Below, piece by piece: positions 1 to 9,046 of a stretch of 24,960 nt of DNA (position 1 is the stretch's first letter; each line of letters starts with the position of its first letter). The DNA is from Candidatus Fervidifonticultor quintus (GTDB lineage Bacteria; Sysuimicrobiota; Sysuimicrobiia; Sysuimicrobiales; Humicultoraceae). The position numbers were made by a program, and so were the translations under genes. The notes beneath the pieces are model-generated. The model saw only the letters and a program-made list of their open reading frames with translations, was not told the origin of the DNA and ran no database searches. Location: positions 1-24,960 of the forward strand of contig JAVKIJ010000044.1 in NCBI GenBank assembly GCA_031459535.1. The letters are read 5' to 3'.

Positions 1-2
1 GG

Positions 3-782
3 CGACTGTACTACATGGTTGACCTGGCAAAGATTGAGCGCTACGAGCGGGAATCGCTACTGTGGTATGACGAACATGTGACGGTGTCCCAGAGGGATGC
101 ACTGATCCTGCGCAACTGGCTCGGCTCAGCTCGGGTGGTCACGATACCCAACGGGGTGGATACGGACTACTTCTTCCCTGGTGATGAGCCTGAACAGCCG
201 TATTCGATGCTCTTTGTGGGGTCGTTTGGTCTCCACCCTGCCAACATCGATGCCGCACTTCATCTCTCGCGGAGTATTTTCCCCCTCGTCCGGCGGCGTC
301 TCCCGCAGGCCACCTTGACCATCGCGGGCTCTGGCCCACCGCGGAGTGTTCGGGCGCTGGCGGGAGACGGAGTGCAGGTGGTGGCAGATCCTCCCGACAT
401 CCGCCCCTACATGAGCAGGGCATCCTTGGTTGTGCTCCCTCTCAGGTCGGGGGCGGGGACGAAGGTCCGCGTAGCGTGCGCGATGGCCATGGGGAAGGCC
501 GTGCTGGGCACTCCAGTTGCGCTGGAGGGCATCGACGTGGTTGCCGGCGAGCACGCCGCCGTAGAGTCGGAGGAGACTTTCGCAGATGCGGCAGTGGAGC
601 TGTTGAAGGATCGTCAGCGCCGAGCCGTGATCGGGCGACGGGCTCGTGAGTTCGCCGTGACCCGACTGGACTGGCGCGTGGTAGGGCGACAGGCGATGCG
701 GTTCTACGAGCAGGTCCCCGTTTTAAGGATGAGGACTCTGTGTGAGAAGTCCGCGGAACAGGTACAGGAAGCCGGTGCGTGA
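3..782 (+). CDS. GT4 (GT-B) glycosyltransferase, 5'-truncated by the window edge; resembles sugar transferases of PEP-CTERM/EPS loci
   Basis: Frame is open from position 3 (RLYYMVDLAK...). Motifs IPNGVDTDYF, LFVGSF..PANIDA, LTIAG, PLRSGAGTK, AMAMGKAV and C-terminal IGRRAREF...DW. Stop TGA at 780-782. Confidence 0.88.
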   Translation, partial: RLYYMVDLAKIERYERESLLWYDEHVTVSQRDALILRNWLGSARVVTIPNGVDTDYFFPGDEPEQPYSMLFVGSFGLHPANIDAALHLSRSIFPLVRRRLPQATLTIAGSGPPRSVRALAGDGVQVVADPPDIRPYMSRASLVVLPLRSGAGTKVRVACAMAMGKAVLGTPVALEGIDVVAGEHAAVESEETFADAAVELLKDRQRRAVIGRRAREFAVTRLDWRVVGRQAMRFYEQVPVLRMRTLCEKSAEQVQEAGA

Positions 783-783
783 G

Positions 784-2658
784 ATGTGCGGCATCGTGGG
801 AGTTGCCTCGCCGGATCCGGTTCAGGAGCGACAATGGCTTGTGGCCGCCCGCGACGTCCTTCGGCATCGCGGACCGGATGACGCGGGAGAGTGGTGGTCG
901 GATGATGGCCGAGTGGGCCTGGCCCACCGTCGTCTGGCCATCATTGACCTCTCGCCGTCAGGCCGTCAGCCCATGGCTGATGTCACTGGAGAGTTGCGGG
1001 TGGTCTTCAACGGCGAGATCTACAATTTCCGCGAGCTGCGGAGTGAACTGGAAACTAAAGGTCACGGATTTCACTCGCGGACTGATACTGAAGTGATACT
1101 TGCGGCCTACCGCCAATGGGGACTCCAGTGTCTGTCGCGTCTAAACGGCATGTTCGCTTTTTGTCTCTTCGATCTGCCGCGTCGGCGCCTGTTCCTGGCG
1201 CGGGATCGAGCGGGAGAGAAGCCTCTGTTCTATTCCCTGCGGGGTAGGGTGCTCCGATTTGCTTCGGAGCTCAAGGCCCTGATGGCAGACCCGCATTTCC
1301 CCAGAAGGCTGGATCCGGAGGCTCTTGACTGCTACCTGGCGTTCGGATTCATTCCCGGGAGCCGTTGCATACTGCAGGGAGTGCGAAAGCTTCCTCCTGC
1401 CCATGCCCTCCTGTTTGATCTCGATACGGGGGCGGCGCGTGTGTGGCGGTACTGGATGCTCCCGGCTCCGCCTGCCTCGGGTGTAAGAGGACGGGTCATT
1501 GAAGACGAGCTGATCGATGAATGCGAGTCGCTTCTCGAGGATTCGGTCCGCCGACAACTCGTGGCGGATGTCCCCGTGGGTGTCATGCTCAGCGGCGGAA
1601 TGGATTCGAGCCTGGTCACGGCGATGGCCGCGCGGGCACGCTCGAACGTCAAGACCTTCACGGTGCGGTTCCCCGGTTATGGCCTGTACGACGAGACAGA
1701 CCACGCGCGATTCGTAGCAAACCATTTTTCCACCGAGCACATAGAGCTTGACGCGACGGCGGCCTCACCGGACCTATTACTCACCCTGGCGCATCAGTTC
1801 GACGAACCCATTGCCGATCCATCAATGATTCCGACGTTCCTGCTGTGTCAAGCCGTTCGGCGGCATTGCACCGTGGCGTTGGGCGGCGATGGGGGGGATG
1901 AGCTTTTCGGTGGTTACATTCACTACCCGAGACTGGCGTGGCTGCGGGATTACGCGGGTCGGATTCCGCTTCCCGTGCGACACATCGTGGCTTCAGCTGC
2001 TACCGCTGCCCTTCCGGTGGGGACGAGAGGACGGAGTTGGCTTCAGGCGCTGGGCGCGGACATGGCCCGGAGTGTCCCGCTGGTCATGGGATACTTCGAC
2101 CCCCGTTCCCGGTCCCGGTTGGTTGACGGCGCGGCGGGTCTCCGGCCACGCGTCGCTGAGAGGGTTTGGGAGGAAGCGGTCCAATCCAGAGGCGACCTGG
2201 TGTACCGCGCAACTCGCGCCGACTTCCACCTGTATCTGGCCGAGGACATCCTGGTGAAGGTTGACAGGGCAAGCATGTTTCATTCTCTCGAAGTCCGCGC
2301 GCCTTTCTTGGACTGTCGGATCGTCGAATTCGCTTTTGGCAGGGTTCCGTCGCGACTCAAGGCGAGCTCGCAGGAGCGGAAGCTGCTTCTTAAGGCGCTC
2401 GCCGTGCGTGTGCTTCCCCCGGGATTTGACGCAGGGCGCAAACAGGGATTTGGCGTTCCCCTGGACAGGTGGTTGATCTCTGGACCATGGCGGTTGTTCT
2501 TTCGAGAGGTTCTGCTGGACAGCGGTGGCGGCGTCTTCGATCGTCGGCGCGTTGAAGATTTGCTGAATCACCAGGTAGGGTGGCGTTCGAACAGCACCCG
2601 GCTGTTTTCGCTGGTCTTTTTCGAGCTGTGGCGGCAGGAGCACAAGGTGGCGGTGTGA
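784..2658 (+). CDS. asnB: Asparagine synthase (glutamine-hydrolysing) family amidotransferase, probably amidating a surface polysaccharide
   Basis: ATG at 784 gives MCGIVG (Ntn Cys2), one base after the upstream stop. Motifs RGPDD, HRRLAIID, FNGEIYN, RDRAGEKPL, LSGGMDS, GDGGDELFGGY, KVDRASM..SLEVRAPFLD, RKQGFGVP. Confidence 0.95.
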   Translation: MCGIVGVASPDPVQERQWLVAARDVLRHRGPDDAGEWWSDDGRVGLAHRRLAIIDLSPSGRQPMADVTGELRVVFNGEIYNFRELRSELETKGHGFHSRTDTEVILAAYRQWGLQCLSRLNGMFAFCLFDLPRRRLFLARDRAGEKPLFYSLRGRVLRFASELKALMADPHFPRRLDPEALDCYLAFGFIPGSRCILQGVRKLPPAHALLFDLDTGAARVWRYWMLPAPPASGVRGRVIEDELIDECESLLEDSVRRQLVADVPVGVMLSGGMDSSLVTAMAARARSNVKTFTVRFPGYGLYDETDHARFVANHFSTEHIELDATAASPDLLLTLAHQFDEPIADPSMIPTFLLCQAVRRHCTVALGGDGGDELFGGYIHYPRLAWLRDYAGRIPLPVRHIVASAATAALPVGTRGRSWLQALGADMARSVPLVMGYFDPRSRSRLVDGAAGLRPRVAERVWEEAVQSRGDLVYRATRADFHLYLAEDILVKVDRASMFHSLEVRAPFLDCRIVEFAFGRVPSRLKASSQERKLLLKALAVRVLPPGFDAGRKQGFGVPLDRWLISGPWRLFFREVLLDSGGGVFDRRRVEDLLNHQVGWRSNSTRLFSLVFFELWRQEHKVAV

Positions 2659-2665
2659 TCTGTCT

Positions 2666-3533
2666 GTGGGCCACTTTGGAGGGGCCGAAAAATTAGTGCG
2701 GATTGCGGGGAACCCGAAGGCGGCGCGAGAGATGGCGATCTACCGCCGTATCTATTCCTCCCCCGAGTGGCGCGAGGCGTACGTGAGGGCAGCGTTTCAC
2801 GACCCCTCATTTCCCGTTGAGGAGCTAAAGGGCGATCTGGGTGCGGGGGATTACATGCTGCTTCAGGCCGCCGTTGCTACCCAGCGGCGGCGGCTGGACC
2901 ACGTTCTGCGGATTGTGGATCCCCGGCCCGGGCAGCTGATCGCCGACGTGGGCTGCGGGCCGGGAGGCGTGGCGCTCCGGTTGGCCGATCGGGGAGCACG
3001 CGTTCTGGCCCTCGATCTCGATGTGGACACGCTGGCGGCAGTACGGACCCTCTCGCAGCGGCAGTCCCGGATCTCAGTCCTTGTGGGAGACTGCAGGCGC
3101 CTGCCGATCAGGACAGCGTCATGCGACGCCGCGGTATGTGTGAACGGTGAACGTGCTTGAGCACGTGCTTGACAAGAGATCCTGTCTGGAGGAGCTTGTG
3201 CGCATTCTCAAGCCGGGCGGGCGTCTGGTCCTCTACACCGACAATCTGCCACATGTCCGTTTGAGGGTGGCCATCCGGGCACTGCAGTCGCGGCTGATGC
3301 CCTGGAGAACGATGGGTCAGTGGCGCGTGGGCTTTTCGGGATATCCTGGTGGCCACGTCGCCCTTGTCTCCCCACAGCGGCTGTGCAGGCTGGTGAACGC
3401 TGCGGGATGCCGGGCGCGGGTGGTCTACTCGATGCCTGAGGCGCCGGTCCTGGGAATGCTGATCTCGCGGTACTTCTGCGTGATCGGGGAGAAGGCTGCC
3501 GACGGAGTCGGCGCCGAAGCGGGAAGCCTATGA
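2666..3533 (+). pseudogene. Class I SAM-dependent methyltransferase split by a 7-bp tandem duplication (frameshift)
   Basis: ORF 2666-3160 has the SAM motif IADVGCGPGG and GDCRRLPI..SCDAAVC. ORF 3147-3533 has NVLEHV and LEELVRILKPGGRLVL. GTGAACG is repeated at 3140-3146 and 3147-3153; removing one copy gives continuous AVCVNVLEHVLD. The start is uncertain (GTG 2666 or ATG 2732). Confidence 0.88.
3140..3153 (+). repeat. Perfect 7-bp tandem duplication (GTGAACG)x2
   Basis: Read directly as ...gtatgt GTGAACG GTGAACG tgcttgag... Confidence 0.95.
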
Positions 3534-4492
3534 GGGTCCTCGTCACCGGCGGGGCAGGGTTTATCGGCTCGCACCTGGTGGAGCGGCTGCTTGCCGAAGG
3601 CCACACCGTCGTCTGCCTCGACAACTTCGACGACTTCTACAGCCCCGACCTCAAGCGGCTCAACCTGACCCGGGTGGCGTCGCATCCCCGCTTTCGGCTC
3701 GTGGAGGGAGATATCCTCGACCGGCCCGTGGTGGAACAGGCCTGTGCCGACGCGCCTGATGTGGTCATTCACCTGGCGGCCAGGGCGGGGGTGCGGACGA
3801 GCATCGTCCAGCCGGACCTGTACGCGCGGGTGAACGTCCAGGGCACCATCGCCGTACTGGAGGCCTGCCGGCGGCAGGGCGTGGAGCACGTGGTGTTCGG
3901 GTCCTCTTCCTCGGTTTACGGACGGCAAGACGCTCACCCGTGGGCGGAGGACGGCACCGCGCCCCGGCCCGCCTCGCCGTACGGGTGGTCGAAGCTGGCC
4001 GGGGAGCAGTACTGCCGCATGTTCCATGACCTGTGCGGCGTGCCCGTCACCTGCCTGCGGTTTTTTACGGTGTACGGCCCCCGCCAGCGCCCCGATATGG
4101 CCATCCACAGGTTTGCCCGCTGCATGGCGTCGGGCGAGCCGGTGCCGGTGTATGGCGACGGCCAGGCGGTGCGAGACTACACCTTCGTGGACGACGTTGT
4201 GGACGGCATCCTGCGAGCCCTTGCCCACCCGGGAGGGTATCGAGTGTATAACCTGGGCAGCGGCCGGCCAGTCGCATTGTGCGATTTGATCGGTATGCTG
4301 GGTCGCGCAATGGGTGTCACGTGGACCGTCCGCTGGCTGCCACCCCAGCCCGGCGATGTTCCGGCGACCCATGCCGCCATTGAGCGTGCCAGATCCGAGC
4401 TGGGCTACGAACCGCGGACGACGCTGGAGCACGGGCTGGCATCATTTGTGCGGTGGTTCAGGGAGCAGGGCAGGCCGTGGACCTCAGCCTGA
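3530..4492 (+). CDS. NAD-dependent epimerase/dehydratase, UDP-glucuronate 4-epimerase-like (extended SDR)
   Basis: GGAGFIGS, HLAARAGVR, SSSSVYG, YGWSK (YxxxK), LRFFTVYGPRQRPDMA, RDYTFVDD, QPGDVP. ATGA overlap with the upstream stop. Confidence 0.92.
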   Translation: MRVLVTGGAGFIGSHLVERLLAEGHTVVCLDNFDDFYSPDLKRLNLTRVASHPRFRLVEGDILDRPVVEQACADAPDVVIHLAARAGVRTSIVQPDLYARVNVQGTIAVLEACRRQGVEHVVFGSSSSVYGRQDAHPWAEDGTAPRPASPYGWSKLAGEQYCRMFHDLCGVPVTCLRFFTVYGPRQRPDMAIHRFARCMASGEPVPVYGDGQAVRDYTFVDDVVDGILRALAHPGGYRVYNLGSGRPVALCDLIGMLGRAMGVTWTVRWLPPQPGDVPATHAAIERARSELGYEPRTTLEHGLASFVRWFREQGRPWTSA

Positions 4493-6543
4493 TCATTCCC
4501 ACCTACAACGAGGCCGACAACGTCGGCCTCCTGGCCGAGCGCATCCGGCAGAGCCTTGCCGGTGCCGAATATGAAGTGATCTTCGTCGACGACAGCACCG
4601 ACGGGACCGACCGGGTGATCGCCGCTCTGAGCCGTCAGGATGCACGAATCCTCCTGGTACACCGGGAAAACCAACGGGGGCTGGCGGCGGCGGTCGTCGA
4701 GGGGATTGCCCAGGCCCGGGGCCGCACGCTGTGCGTTTTGGACGCCGACCTCCAGCACCCTCCGGAAGTCATCCTCGTCCTTCTGGACGCCCTGCAGCGG
4801 GCTCAAGCCGATGTCGTCGTGGCCAGCCGCTACGTCCCCGGCGGGTCCTACGAGACGTTTTCTCGCAGCCGGCGGCTCGTCTCCCGGATGGCGACGCTGC
4901 TCGCCCGGAGGCTGCTGCACCGCGCGCGGGCCGTGGCAGACCCCCTGTCGGGCTTCTTCGTGGTCCGCCGGGAGGTCCTGGAAGGCGTTCAGCTCCAGCC
5001 CGTAGGCTACAAGATCCTGCTGGAGATCCTCGTCCGTGGGCGGATCATGCGGGTGGCGGAGGTCCCCTATCGGTTTCACCCCCGGCGTGCGGGGCAGAGC
5101 AAACTCACCTGGCGCCAGCATCTGGACTACCTGCGTCACCTGGCGCGGCTGGTGCGGGTGGACCCCCGGGACCTCCGATTTGTCCGGTTTGCCCTGGTGG
5201 GGGCCAGTGGCGTGGGAGTCAACATGGCGACGTTTCTGGCTGCGACCGCGGTCGGCGCCCCCTACCTTCCCGCTGGTGCGGCAGCCGTGGTCGCGGCGAC
5301 CACCTGGAACTTCCTGTGGAACGACGCCTGTACCTGGCCAGACGTCAGTCCCCGCACGGTCCCTGCTCGTCTGGCTCGCTACGTGCGGTACTGGTCTGTG
5401 ACAGGTCTGGGGTCTGTGCTCCACCTCGCCGTCCTCTCCGTGCTGGTTGCCGCCGGGCTGTCGCCTGTGCTGGCCAACCTGTGCGGTATCGGCACCGCGG
5501 TCCTGTGGAACTTCCGCGTCAACGACCGGTGGACGTGGAGACGCTCCACGGTGGAGGTGGAGAGGGTGCTCTTCCCGGTGGCGCAGCCTGTTCCGGACGC
5601 TGCCCCGGATGAGCCAGGTCTGGCTGCCCGGGCCTTCGCCCGTCGCCGGCACTTTGTGCGCCACCTGATGGACGGACCGATCCCTGAGGTGCGCCGCTCC
5701 CTGGGCGCTCACGCCGGCGACCCGCCGGCGGTGTCGGTGATTATTCCTGTGGCCGGCCCGGGCCGCGCCGACAACCTAGGACACCTGCTGGCCCAGCTGG
5801 GTGCCCAGACCCTACAGGACTTCGAGGTCATCCGGGTGGTCGGAGACCGCCGGCAGGGGCGCGCCATCAACACGGGCGCCGCGGCGGCGCGGGGCCCGAT
5901 CCTGGTGACGATGGACGACGACACCCGGATCGGACACCCGGCCCTGCTGCAGCGGATCGTCGAGGCCTTTGCGACCGATCCGTCCCTGGGCATCGTGGGA
6001 GTCGCCAACCTGGTGCCCCCGGACGCCCCGTGGCTTGTCCGGCGGGCCATGCGGGAGATCCCCCGCCGGTCCTCCGCGCCGGTGGTCCGGGTGGTAGACA
6101 GCGACATGGCCGAGCACCCCTGTCTGGCCATTCGGCGAGAGGTGTTCTACGCGGTGGGGGGAGAGCACGAGGGGATCCCGCGGGGCCTGGACCCCTACCT
6201 GCGCCGCGAGGTCCGGCGGCTGGGTTACCGGGTCGTCGTGATCCCCGGGGTGTGGATCCACCACATGCTGCCGGAGACGGCGAGCGCGATCCTCCGCCAG
6301 TACTTCCGCAACGGCATGGGGGCCGCCTACGTGAGGAAGTTCTATCCCCAACTTGTCCTCGGCCAGGCGTGGGACCACGGCCAGGAGCCCGTGGACCGGC
6401 CGCTGACCGTGCGGGTCCTCCGGTATGCGTGGCATATGGCGGCGGCGCTCGCGACGGCACGGTGGATCTACCTGGGCACCCTGGTGGCGTACGCCGCCGG
6501 GTATGTCCGGGGACTGTGGAGCCTGCGGAAGGACTCCCTGTGA
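4477..6543 (+). CDS. Multidomain glycosyltransferase: DPM-synthase-like GT2 + GtrA-like membrane domain + second GT2
   Basis: N-terminus has LIIPTYNE, VDDSTDGT, LDADLQHPPE, SRYVPGG, DPLSGFF, R..GQSKL. Middle has RFALVGASGVGVN, WNFLWND..TW, WNFRVNDRWTW (GtrA-like). C-terminus has VSVIIP, AINTGAAAARG..VTMDDD, GYRV, QYFRNGMG. GTG start at 4477 inferred from the domain start. Confidence 0.9.
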   Translation: MDLSLIIPTYNEADNVGLLAERIRQSLAGAEYEVIFVDDSTDGTDRVIAALSRQDARILLVHRENQRGLAAAVVEGIAQARGRTLCVLDADLQHPPEVILVLLDALQRAQADVVVASRYVPGGSYETFSRSRRLVSRMATLLARRLLHRARAVADPLSGFFVVRREVLEGVQLQPVGYKILLEILVRGRIMRVAEVPYRFHPRRAGQSKLTWRQHLDYLRHLARLVRVDPRDLRFVRFALVGASGVGVNMATFLAATAVGAPYLPAGAAAVVAATTWNFLWNDACTWPDVSPRTVPARLARYVRYWSVTGLGSVLHLAVLSVLVAAGLSPVLANLCGIGTAVLWNFRVNDRWTWRRSTVEVERVLFPVAQPVPDAAPDEPGLAARAFARRRHFVRHLMDGPIPEVRRSLGAHAGDPPAVSVIIPVAGPGRADNLGHLLAQLGAQTLQDFEVIRVVGDRRQGRAINTGAAAARGPILVTMDDDTRIGHPALLQRIVEAFATDPSLGIVGVANLVPPDAPWLVRRAMREIPRRSSAPVVRVVDSDMAEHPCLAIRREVFYAVGGEHEGIPRGLDPYLRREVRRLGYRVVVIPGVWIHHMLPETASAILRQYFRNGMGAAYVRKFYPQLVLGQAWDHGQEPVDRPLTVRVLRYAWHMAAALATARWIYLGTLVAYAAGYVRGLWSLRKDSL

Positions 6544-7901
6544 CCGCAGCGTCAGCGCCCGCCCGACCCGCATCCGTCCGGGGTCTTGCCCGGGGGCTGC
6601 TGTACGGGTCGTCTTTCCAGCGCGCCATCGAGCTGTGCGAGCAGACCCAATGGTGGTCTTCCGGGGACCTGGAGGCGTTGCAATGGCGTCAGGTGGAGGC
6701 TTTGCTGGCGGAGGTCTATCGGCGCAACCCCTACTACCGCCGGCGCCTTACCGCAGCAGGATGGCCTCCCGGGGGACGAGGGTGGCTCTCCAGGGTGCCG
6801 GCGCTCACGAAGCTGGAAGCCGTCGCCCATGCCTCCGAGGTGGCCGCCGGCGCTTCCCGGCCGGCGGCCCGGACGTCGGGGGGCAGCGGGGGAACACCGC
6901 TCCCCGTCCTGGTCGACCGCGCGACCTATCCGTGGTATGTTGTGGGCTTCTACCGCGGCCTGCGGTGGTGGGGGGCGGATTTCTTCGACCGGGCCGCGGT
7001 CCTGCTGGGGCGGTCGCGCCATTCGATCCTGTGGTCGGCGGTGGCCCGGGTCAAGGACTGGGCGACCGGCTGGCTGCGGGTGGCTGTGGAGGGCGACTTC
7101 GACGCGCGCGTCGGCCGCGTGGCGGCCGCGGTGGCGCGCTACCGGCCGGCGTTCGTGTACGGGTATCCGTCGGCGGTCTACCGCGTGGCCCGATGGCTGG
7201 AAACAGCCTCTGACTGCCCACCGCCGCGTCCCCGGGTTGTGGTGACCACCGGAGAGCCGCTGTTTGACTTCCAGCGCGCGGCCATCGAGCGGGTGTTCGG
7301 TTGCCCTGTGGTCGAGGAGTACGGCTGCGGCGAGCTTGGCAGCATGGGGTTCCAGTGCCCGTCCGGATGCCTGCACGTGACCGCCGAGGCCGTGCTGCTG
7401 GAGGCCCCACCCGCCGCGGCTGGTCCGGGACCGGTGGTCGTCACACACCTGCGAAACGTCCGCTTCCCCCTCATCCGGTACGCCCTCGGCGACCTCGGGA
7501 CCGTAGACACGGAGGCGTGTCCGTGTGGCCGGGGGCTGCCGGTCTTCAGGTTCGCCGGGAGGTCCCGAGAGTGTGTGCGCGCGCCTGAAGGTCAGGTTCT
7601 GGCCCTGCCGCGCCAGCGGCGCTTTCTCTCCCTTCTGCCCGAAGAGGCCGCCGGGCGCGTCCAGGTCCGGGTAGTCGCGCACGACGGCGATCCCGGGCAT
7701 TCCGTCCCCGGCGCCGTGGATGCGCTGGTTGTCGCTGCGGAGCGCGACGCGCTGACGGTCGTCTCCGTCGACGAGGTGAGGGAGGCCGCGCGTCAGGCAT
7801 TCGGGGACTGGTGCCATGTGGCTGTCGCCGTCGTGGAGCGGCTGCGGCGGTCACCTTCGGGCAAGCTCCCTCACTTCACCCGCTGGAGGGTGCCGGGGTG
7901 A
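6540..7901 (+). CDS. Phenylacetate-CoA ligase-like / CapK-family adenylate-forming enzyme
   Basis: NPYYRR, PALTK, RTSGGSGGTP, YGYPS, TTGEPL, EEYGCGE, PLIRYALGDLG, CPCGRGLP, SGK. GTG at 6540 overlaps the upstream TGA (GTGA). Confidence 0.88.
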   Translation: MTAASAPARPASVRGLARGLLYGSSFQRAIELCEQTQWWSSGDLEALQWRQVEALLAEVYRRNPYYRRRLTAAGWPPGGRGWLSRVPALTKLEAVAHASEVAAGASRPAARTSGGSGGTPLPVLVDRATYPWYVVGFYRGLRWWGADFFDRAAVLLGRSRHSILWSAVARVKDWATGWLRVAVEGDFDARVGRVAAAVARYRPAFVYGYPSAVYRVARWLETASDCPPPRPRVVVTTGEPLFDFQRAAIERVFGCPVVEEYGCGELGSMGFQCPSGCLHVTAEAVLLEAPPAAAGPGPVVVTHLRNVRFPLIRYALGDLGTVDTEACPCGRGLPVFRFAGRSRECVRAPEGQVLALPRQRRFLSLLPEEAAGRVQVRVVAHDGDPGHSVPGAVDALVVAAERDALTVVSVDEVREAARQAFGDWCHVAVAVVERLRRSPSGKLPHFTRWRVPG

Positions 7902-9046
7902 CGGGCCTGCTGGTCACCAACGACTTCCCGCCCATGGTCGGCGGGCTGGCGACCTGGTACGGCCGGATCTGTGGGGCCTTGCCTCCGCAGTCGGTGGTGG
8001 TGGTGGCCCCCACGATTCCGGGGGACAGCGCATGGGACCGCGTCCAGCCATACCGGATAGTCCGTGTCCGTACTCCGACTACCCCCACGCTTCCCGCGCG
8101 CCTGCGCCAGGTCATCTCCCTGGCCCGCGCGGCGGACCAGGTGAGCCGCCACGAGGGGGTCTCTGTCATCCACGCCGGTCACCTGCACCTGGGTCTGGTG
8201 GGACCTCTCCTGCGCCTGCGGTGGGGGCTGCCGTACGTGCTGTACCTCCACGGCGGCGAGATGGCGCGCTACCTGCGCCTGGCAGCCGTCCGGAGGGTCT
8301 TCCAGCAGGTGGTCGAGGAAGCCGCCCTGGTGGTGGCTAACAGTCCGTTCACCATCCGGCACTTCGCCGCATTGGGCCTGAGCAACCCGCGGACCCAGGT
8401 GCTCCCCATGTCCGCACCGGTGGACAGGTTCCGGCCCGACGTGGATCCCGGTCCGGCCCGCCGGCGGTACGGTCTGGACGGTGGCCCGGTGCTCCTGACG
8501 GTGGGGCGCCTGGTGGAACGCAAAGGTCACGACGTGGCCATTCGCGCCGTGGCCGCGCTCCGGAAAAGGTTCCCCACCATCCGATACGTCATCGCCGGAA
8601 CAGGTCCTCGGGAGCGGTCCCTGCGGGCGCTGGCTGCCGATGCGGGCTGCGCCGACGCGGTGGTGTTCGCCGGACAGGTCCCCGAGGAGATCCTGCCGTC
8701 CCTGTACGCGGCCGCCGACGTCTTTGTCATGCCCTGTCGGGCCCTGGAGCAGCGTGATGGCATCGAGGGGTTGGGACTGGTGTTTTTGGAGGCCGCCGCG
8801 GCCGGCAGACCGGTGGTGGGAGGACGCAGCGGGGGGACGGAGGCGGCGGTGGAAGACGGCGTCACAGGCATCCTGGTTGACCCCCTGTCCGTGGGCGACG
8901 TGGCTGCGGCGGTGGAACGGCTCCTGGCCGACCCCGGCCTCGCGGCACGCCTGGGGCACGCCGGCCGAGCGCGGGCCGAGGAGAGAGAAATGCTCTGGCG
9001 GCAGGCCGTCCTCGACATGTGGACTCTGGGACGAGGGGACCGGTGA
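7898..9046 (+). CDS. GT4 glycosyltransferase (PimB-like N-terminus)
   Basis: LLVTNDFPP..GG, YLHGGE, LLTVGRLVERKG, EGLGLVFLEAAAAGRPVVGGRSGG (E-x7-E). GTGA overlap at 7898-7901. Confidence 0.92.
   Translation: MTGLLVTNDFPPMVGGLATWYGRICGALPPQSVVVVAPTIPGDSAWDRVQPYRIVRVRTPTTPTLPARLRQVISLARAADQVSRHEGVSVIHAGHLHLGLVGPLLRLRWGLPYVLYLHGGEMARYLRLAAVRRVFQQVVEEAALVVANSPFTIRHFAALGLSNPRTQVLPMSAPVDRFRPDVDPGPARRRYGLDGGPVLLTVGRLVERKGHDVAIRAVAALRKRFPTIRYVIAGTGPRERSLRALAADAGCADAVVFAGQVPEEILPSLYAAADVFVMPCRALEQRDGIEGLGLVFLEAAAAGRPVVGGRSGGTEAAVEDGVTGILVDPLSVGDVAAAVERLLADPGLAARLGHAGRARAEEREMLWRQAVLDMWTLGRGDR

Noticed and set aside
6030..6539. N-terminal extensions in the ORF track (also from 742, 7811, 13594, 14328, 16553, 20828 and 21700)
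   Set aside because: Domain starts, RBSs and ATGA/GTGA overlaps point to later starts; the extensions overlap neighbouring genes.
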